DNA from: the human T2T-CHM13v2.0 reference genome, Homo sapiens
Assembly (NCBI RefSeq): GCF_009914755.1
Contig: NC_060927.1
DNA length: 64,000 nt
Strand: one strand, 5' to 3'
The notes below the pieces were generated by a model. The model worked only from the letters and a program-made list of their open reading frames with translations, did no database searches and was not told where the DNA came from. The translations under genes were made by a program, and so were the position numbers. Shown in pieces: positions 55,591 to 64,000 of this stretch. Position 1 is the first letter of the stretch, and each line of letters opens with the position of its first letter.

Positions 55591-56097
55591 CAGTTGATTC
55601 TTGATGAACATGGGTTTGAATTGCATGGGTCCACTTATTCACAGAGTTTCTTCCACCTTTGCCATCCTTGAGAGAGCAAGACCAACACCCCCTTTTTCTC
55701 CTCCTCCTGGCCCTCTTCAGTATGAATATCATGAGGATGGAGACCTTTATTATGATCCACTTCCACTTAATGTATAGTAAATATTTTTCTCATAACTTTC
55801 TTAATAGTAATGTATGTATAATACATACATTAATATTAATAGTAATAGTAATTTAATGTATAGTAAATATTTTTCTCATGACTTTCTTTCCTCTAGCTTA
55901 CGTTATTGCAAAAATACAGCATATAATACATATAATATACAAAATATGTGTTAAGTTGACTGTTCACATGATCGGTAAGGCTTCCAGTCAACAGTAGACT
56001 ATTAGTTAGGTTTCTGGGGAGTCAAATGTTATATGCAGATTTTTGACTCTGCATGGAGTTGGTGCCTATAACATTCACGTTGTTCAAAGGTTAAATG
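55591..56097 (+). mobile_element. Tigger2a/MER28-like (TcMar-Tigger), near full length
   Basis: Termini CAGTTGATTCTTGA / GTTGTTCAAAGGTTAAATG-TA; internal GATCCACTTCCACTTAATG and GGTAAGGCTTCCAGTCAACAGTAG. Confidence 0.85.
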
Positions 56098-56593
56098 TAC
56101 AGTGAAAGAGTACAGTGTTGCTCTCGAAAGACAAAGATAAGAGCTGGAACGTTAAAAAAATTCATTGACTTTTTTTGTCAAAACGAATATACATGATTTG
56201 TAAGAGTTAAGCGCTTTGGATTGGCTACATGTTTAGAAAGCCCTGCTGCTGTATAGGATACACTCCACTTTTCTCAGAAAAAGAAAGATGAAAATCTCAC
56301 TGACCATGGCAACTTCTCTTTGAAAGCAAGTTCCAGGACAATCATTACAGACCATGTACACTCAGCATTATGTCTCACTTCACGGGCAGCACATTGCTGT
56401 AACTGGTTATTTAACAATGGCCTCCAGTACTTGCAAACAGGTTATGTTTGGCATGCTCTATTTAGAATAATTATGTTTATAAATACTTACCAAGGGCAGT
56501 TAACATAGAAAAAAGTGCTGATTCTTTAAGTTGAATACTTAGCTATCTGTAATCTTGCAAGATTTTACTACAGTGTAAAAAATACGGACTTGA

Positions 56594-56965
<372 letters not shown>

Positions 56966-59124
56966 TCAGTTGATTATGGCAGATATTAATGTGGATTTAG
57001 AAATAAATGAAACAATCAATCATAGCTGGACTTGAGTTTGGAGGAGTCTGCAGATTTTATATGAACGTGAGGAGGAAAATGAGAACTAAGATGATTGAAC
57101 ATAGAACAAACTTTCTCTAGAAGTTTTTACATTTAATTTCTGTTCATTCTGATATAGTTAATTATAATTTTAACTTCTAGATGTTGAAAATAAGATTGTA
57201 AAGTTTTAGGAAATTTCCAAATATATATAATTTAGCCTGACTGCAAAGATCATTCTCTACTGTGCTATTCTAAAGTTCAGTATAAGTAAAATACTATGAG
57301 ATGATATTTAGGTGTGGGAATGTATGTGATACTTGTGCAGACATGAGCAGAGAGGATGGTACTTATTCAGGATACAGCATATTCCTTAATGATTTGGGAG
57401 GATTCTTGAAAACCTTATAAACATTAACATTTCTAGAAAAATTCTTGTTAGGATCGTGGGAATCCAAGAAAATAGAAATTTATCTCTTTGTTTTTCTAAC
57501 TAATGCTATCTAATGGAAATAGGATGTCCTGGGACTACACAGACATTTTAACAGGGGTAAAGTGGAATAATAATTAATACGCTAAAAACTCAAGAAGATA
57601 AATGCCACATGATGTGACTTATTTTTCCTCTTCTCCTTTTTTTGATGGAGTAAAGACATCTATAGAAAAAAAATGCATGGCAGTTTTACTGATGTTGAGG
57701 ACATATGAGCAAGTTTCCCCCATGTCAGGTGTCGGGTGTGTGCAGAAACAGTTTTAAGCACCCATCGTCATTCCTGGTTGAATTAATAGCAAAATGCAGA
57801 AAGTGTGGCCAGCAAATCATCTGAGAGAAAAATGCTTGTTAGGAGATAGTAGCAGGTAACTTCCTCACCCAAGGAGACATTTCCTACCTCTTTACTCCTG
57901 ACCCTCGCTGTGCAAGTTCATGAGCCTATGATGCTGAGTGAAAGTCAATCACCAGGTATATCATTGATCCTTTTGGAAAAGTTCCATTAATTAAATCTCT
58001 TAAACAAATGCTATGTTGAGTAACTATAAGAGGGAAGCATCCCACTCTTCAATCATTTCCCTGACTCCACGGATACCCATGCTAGAGAATGCATAAATAA
58101 TTGTTTGTGAAGAGAAATCTACCAACATGGGTTACATAAAATTAGATAGTTAAAGTGGAACCACACTGATAAGTGGATTGTAAGGATTAGAAGAATAGCA
58201 TTCAACATGAATAGAACAGTTGCTTATTATATAGTTATGGTCACATTCGTCTGGTAGGAAATAATACATTGAAATGGGCACTTATTTCATTAATAATTTT
58301 CAGTTCATAAAATATATTAAGACTTCTTTTGCAATAGGTTCAAGTTTTATTTGATGTGAACAGAACTATGTGGTATATTATATGCACCTATCAACATTAG
58401 ATTGTGTGAAAAGAAGTACGTTCTCCACATCCAATGTAGTTGCTCCTGAGTATGAGTTCTTGATGCTCTGGGAGAAGTGACCAATGATAGACACAAATAG
58501 ATACTCTCTCTTGGCAGCAGCAGGGTTTTTGAATCATTGCTTGCTCCATCATTGAGCAGCAAGTAATCAGTGCACTGAGAGTACCAATCAGTACACAGGC
58601 AGGAGAAAAGGCTTCCAAAAGGGCTCTTGTTACATGCTCTTCTCCTCAGTAGAGAATCTGGGGTCATTGCCAGTGGATGAAGACACAGGTTTTTGTACTC
58701 ATTGCTAGTGACTGAATTGTTCCTTCAAGGGATGTGCACTTTAGGTAGGATTTCGGTCTTCCATTGGGTGAAAAATCCTGTTAAATAATCATGGTCTATC
58801 AAAATGTTTGAAGGGGAAAATTGAGATTTCAAGCAGAGTAATTTTTAGCAGATTAATTTTACTTGCATTAAATTGTTAATTCACTGTACATCTACTGAGT
58901 ACCATTTATGTTTCAGATAGAAAAACAATGGGAACTGTGACAGAAAAATCATATGGCCTTCAAGGAGCTTATGATATATAATGTGATATACGACATAAAA
59001 TAAATATACATGTATGTACATATATATGATACACAAACAATAAACATATATAAATGAGGACATGGCATCTTATGAGAGCACTCAGAAAACACAACCAACC
59101 CTTACTAGGGAGATCTGGGTAATA

Positions 59125-59457
59125 CAGTCGGCCCTCCGTATCTATGAGTTTTACATCTGTGAATTTAACCAACTGCAGATTGAAATTATTTTTTAATAAT
59201 TGTGCCTGTATTAAACATGTACAGCCTTTTTTTCCCTGTCATTATCCCAAAAGAATATAGTACAACAACAACTTACATAGCATTTCTATTATATTAGGTA
59301 TTATAAGTAATCTATAAAAGATGTAAAGTATATGGGAGGAAATGTGTAGGTTATATGCAAATACTGTTATTTTTCTATCAAGAACTTGAGCATCCACAGA
59401 TCTTGGTATCCAAAGGACATCCTGGAATCCATCCTCCGTAGACACAAAGGGATGACT
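59125..59457 (-). mobile_element. MER2 (TcMar-Tigger)
   Basis: TA-CAGTCGGCCCTCCGTATC...GTAGGTTATATGCAAATACT...TCCTGGAATCCATCCTCC...AGGGATGACT. Confidence 0.88.
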
Positions 59458-59516
59458 AGCTCTGCAGAAAAAGAGGGTAGCCCTTATTCTTTACCTTTAA
59501 AAGTAAAGGGAATCTC

Positions 59517-59931
59517 AGTTTGGTGCAGTGGTTCACCCAGCTGAGGTGGCTCACCCAGGAAAGGTGACCTCATCTTTGGGAGGTTAATATGGCAAGATCG
59601 CTTGAGGCCAGGAGTTTGTGACCAGCCTGGGCAACATAGTAAGACATCATCTCTATAAAAAAATTAAAAATTAGCTGGACTAGATGGCTTGAGCCTGTAG
59701 TCCTAGCTACTCAGGAGGCTAAGGCAGGAGGATCACTTAAGCATGGGACTTCAAGGTTGCAGTGAGCTGTTATCAAACCACTGTACTCCAGCCTGGGTGA
59801 CAGAGCAAGACTCCATCTCCAAAGGAAAATTAAAACAAAAAGAAAGGAAGAAAGAAAGGAAGAAAGAAAGAAAGAAAGAAAGAAAGGAAAAGAAAAGAAA
59901 AGAAAAGAAAAGAAAAGAAAAGAAAAGAAAA
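59517..59931 (+). mobile_element. AluJ with compound AAGG/AAAG/AAAAG tail
   Basis: GATCGCTTGAGGCCAGGAG; TSD AAAGGGAATCTCA / AAAGGGGATCTTA. Confidence 0.9.
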
Positions 59932-60519
59932 GGGGATCTTAAAGTTAAGGATATATAAGCAGTTTTCTTTCTCTCATTTTTATAAGAAGCACTACTCCTC
60001 AATTGACACTAACACCTTTCTAATGGCAATCTAACTTCACTGAAAGGCTATCACTCTTACCAGCCATGATAAGTCAAAGCACATGGTAAGCCAGGATTAC
60101 AGAGAATTCTCTCAAAATCTAAGGAGCATGCGATGCACTTTAGTAAATAGCTCTATGCAAGTTATATGACAACACTTAGAGAGGAACATTTTAACTTTTG
60201 TTGAATAGTCAAATTTAAACCCAGTAACATGAACAGATTTAATTCTTTTGGAATACATAAACCACTTTCTTCCTAAGATTGGCTTATGCTTCAACATATG
60301 TTTAAAAATTTTAGTTTATTGCACAATGGTGAATTATTAGGGAGAAATAATTCCCAGCAAATACCAAAGCAAATAATTCAATCACTTTAAAACAGTCACC
60401 TTTGGAATAAGAATGAGTGGGACACATAAGAAGATCCTTCCAATGGGGTTGATGGTATATGAATAACTTCTAATGAAGAACTGGAATTTGGAGATGTTGT
60501 GACAAAACGGGATTAACTT

Positions 60520-61085
60520 TGCTATGGTTTGAATGTGTCCTCCAAAGCCTTAATCCCCAATGCAATCTTGTTAAGAAGTAGGACCTTTAAGATGTGATTA
60601 GGCTATAAGGACCATAATCTCATGAATGAATTAATGTTACCATCATGGGACTGGGTTAGCTATAAAAGAACCAGTTTGATCCCCTCTTGCTCTTGCTCAG
60701 CTTTTCTATGCCCTTCCAACATGGTATCAGGCAGCAAAAAGGACTTTGCCAGATGTTGGTCTCTGGATTTTGGGCTCTTCAGCCTCCAAAACCATAAGTC
60801 AATAATTTAAGTTTATTATAAACTTACCCAGTCTGTGATACACTGTTTTTTTTTCTTTCAACTTTTTTTTAAATTTTAATTTTATTATTATTATACTTTA
60901 AGTTTTGGGGTACATGTGCACAATGTGCAGGTTACATATGTATACATGTGCCATGCTGGTGTGCTGCACCCATTAACTCGTCATTTAGCATTAGGTATAT
61001 CTCCTAAAGCTATCCTTCCCCCCTCCCCCACCCCACAACTATCACAAGGATACACTGTTAAAGCAGCACAAAATGAACTAAGACA
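60520..61085 (+). mobile_element. MST (B/C-like) MaLR LTR interrupted by L1
   Basis: TGCTATGGTTTGAATGTGTCC...TACCCAGTCTGTG | CTGTTAAAGCAGCACAAAATGAACTAAGACA. Confidence 0.88.
60848..61050 (-). mobile_element. L1PA3/4-like 3' end, heavily 5'-truncated with micro-inversion
   Basis: TATACTTTAAGTTTT...GCACCCATTAACTCGTCATTTAGCATTAGGTATATCTCC; TSD GATACACTGTT at 60837-60847 and 61049-61059. Confidence 0.93.
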
Positions 61086-61819
61086 CACCTAATAAAATAT
61101 ATATTTACTTTACAGTTAAATAATGAAAGTTGTTTTGGATTCAAATCATTGTAAGTTTTGTAAAATAAAAATTTGTTGTGAAAATGTCCTTACTCAGCAC
61201 TTTTATTTAAGAATGAAAAGTGTGAAGACATTTTTGACAGATAAAACAGCAAAGCTTTGATGTCGGTGGGGGCTGTGAATGGGAAGAAAGAAAATATTAA
61301 TCTAGGCAAAGAGAAAGCTCTCAGCTGTTCAAGATTTATGCTCCTATCCTTGATGTATCTAGCAAATGTCAGCACAGCAAGTTCCTAGTGACTGTGATAT
61401 CCCTGGGGTGGTACTTCATCATGTCATTTATGTGACAAAGTAAATGTAGAATTTTATGTGAACAGGGAGAAAAAGGACCTTTCAAAGGATGATCTTACCA
61501 AGTCTCTCTCTTCAGGCACATAAGGTAGAATCACCCCATTTTATAGGTAAGTAAACTGAGCATGGTCAGGAATTAAAGTATTTTCCTTTTTTTGCACTTT
61601 AAGGATGACAGTATAAGAATAATGGAGACCTCTTCAGCTCCTGTCCTTTGATCTCTCTACAGAGTTAAAAAAAAAAAAAAAAAACAAAAAAAAAAAACAG
61701 AGCTCGAGACATTTTGCTACAGGAAAAAAAAAAAAAGTAAGAAAGAAAGAAGTCTTCTTTCATCTTAAAACTGTAGCCTAGCTCAAAAGGCTACCTGCTG
61801 TAGTAAGGAAGTTATTAGA

Positions 61820-61970
61820 CAGTGTTACCCAAAACGTGTTCTGCAGAACAATAATCACACACATGGGCACACAGGCGACCTCTGCTGTCAAATACGCTTG
61901 GACAACAACACATACTATATCTCCTGAATATTCATTCTGAATATTAACATATTAAAGATGCAGAAAAGAT
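61820..61970 (+). mobile_element. hAT-Charlie relic (MER103-like)
   Basis: CAGTGTTACCCAAAACGTGTTC...TCAAATACGCTTGG...CATACTATATC...TTAACATATTAAAG. Confidence 0.45.
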
Positions 61971-63879
61971 GCACACATTTTCTTATATGATTCAAGGTTT
62001 TTTTCAGTTTCATATGTTAGATTCAATGTAGCATTCACATAAATTAAGGCAATGATTTTTCCTTCCAGTGACTTGTGCAATAAAAGCATTCATCTCATTA
62101 CTCTCATGTCATTTCTTATGCATTTTGTCTTTTTAAATTGAATGTGGACATAGAGGGAAGACTTTCATGAAACTGAGTTTTATAGAAGCAACCTTCATTT
62201 TCTTGCAGAATAGTAAATTCATAAATTTAATAGATAGAAAAAATATGCCTGAATTTCTAATGTGCGAAGTATAACCATGTGGAAACACTTTAATGTTCAT
62301 TCCCAACTGAAGTTCTCTGAACCAATACAAATTATTTTCCAATTTAATAGTTCAAGCTACACAATTATTAGCCTGGCATTGGCAGATAGATGGCAGTTTA
62401 TATAGGGAATAAGAAGCAGATAATTTCGGTTTGTTAGGCTTCAGTTCCTGCCTGGAAGTGTTAAATCCCAAGAAAATGCAGCATTGCTCATATGTGCATT
62501 TTGTAAACTTTCACACTGTAATTCCTTATGGGTTCAGGTGTTTATTACTGCAACAATCCATACTTAGTTACTATGATAACACAATTTATAGGGGTATTAA
62601 ACACATAAATTGAAAATTTGCTATTGCTAAGGCCATTATGGCTCATGTAAACAAATGGAAATATAATCTTGTGCATTATTTTTCTAACCTCTATAACCAA
62701 AGAAACATACTGCTAGTTCAGTAGGTGTGAAATTCTTCTTTAGGTACAAGCTACTCTAATTTCACAGTTGATTTGTAGTTGTCAGAGAGCCCTATTGAGT
62801 AAATTTCACATTTGCATGCATTCAAGATCATTACTGAATGTGATCACAGTGAGATTCGACACCTCCATTTATTTGTTGTCAGGGAGTGGATTTTTAATTT
62901 GAACAAACTCTAATTGTGCTTATTCCATAAGCAAGCTAGGGTGATTTCAGCCCTGTCTTGCCTTGTCATAACAAAATTTCCACTTCTAAAACAGCACTTT
63001 CAATGATTCTGCTCTTTGATCAGATTTCTGACTCTATTCGGATGCAGATACTGAATGTATATCATTTCACATAAATACACAGGATACAGTTTCATCATTT
63101 TAAGTGATTTCTCTCTGAAAAGGTAATAATATGAGTTTTCTCCAGAGTATGCATAAAATTCTCATTCAAGAGAATTTCAATATCAACTTCCAGGAATATG
63201 GAACACAATATGAGAAAAGTGTTTACTGTGTGGTCATAAATGACATACACATTATGTACAGATAGGTATCAGATAGGTACCAAGTGTCATTTTTTAGAAT
63301 AGTATGAATGATTATGTAAACATTTTCAGTAAGAAAGTAAACATTATTGGAAATTTTATTAAATCCAACAGTTACTAAATACCATAAAATTTTAAAGTAA
63401 TGGGTGCTATCAGCACAGAAATACTGATAATTGCTCTTTCAATTATCACTGGCCACGGGCCCATGTTGAAAATTCAGTTCAGAAACCAAGAGATCTGTCT
63501 GGATCCAGCACAGATCCTGTTTTGAGGAGGAGAATGGCTGTTGATTTCTGGCTTTTTAAATATAAATTAGTTCTTATTCCATGTAGTTATAAAACAAAAC
63601 CAAAATATGGATTGACTTTCTCTCTCATTATAAAGTTTTTATGTGGAACTGCATAAACAGTGAGCTGATGGGAGATAAATTAATACATTTAATGTCTTTC
63701 GGCATTTTGGGTATAATAGGTGAATAATAATGATGGTTATATGTCATTTCATACCAACATAATTCAAGATTCACTTTACTCTAGTTCAGTACTTATTAAA
63801 ATTAAATAATCTAAGGTATCATTATCCTTGGTGTCTTAATATATACATTTATTTTCAGATAAACTTTCTATCCCTTATA

Positions 63880-63985
63880 TATGTATTAGTTCTATGCAAT
63901 TTCATGATACTGAGTTAGAGACCATGGGACCCAGAAAAGGGAATAAGACTGGTACTTAAAGAGCTTATAATTCTATAAGTGGTAA
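63880..63985 (-). mobile_element. L2 fragment
   Basis: GAATAAGAC...TACTTAAAGAGCTTATAATTCTA resembles antisense L2 3' region. Confidence 0.4.
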
Positions 63986-64000
63986 TTTATCAATGTAAAA

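Noticed and set aside
58347-58667. 106-aa minus-strand ORF in unique sequence
   Set aside because: No recognisable homology or exon structure; length is within chance expectation.

Overview
AT-rich human (AluYb8 present) intronic or intergenic DNA. I can support no protein-coding gene; the listed ORFs come from Alu, LTR, L1 or simple repeats, or are chance ORFs. The window holds 16 Alus (J, S, Y and a pristine AluYb8), a full-length solo LTR12C (HERV9) with a CCAAT array and a strong splice donor just downstream, and MaLR LTRs (MLT1B, THE1, MLT1D, MST). It also has several 5'-truncated L1 3' ends, MER/Tigger DNA-transposon fossils, L2/MIR relics, microsatellites and two divergent CTCF motifs. 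The most unusual signals are templated rearrangement scars: a perfect, non-tandem 148-bp duplication (36766-36913 = 37539-37686), three L1 5' junctions carrying short inverted templated segments, an Alu inserted into another Alu's TSD, and several palindrome-plus-duplication scars. A UG-repeat-flanked cryptic exon candidate is also present. I see no convincing new multi-component biological system. Repeat subfamily names come from recalled consensus sequences and need RepeatMasker/Dfam confirmation.
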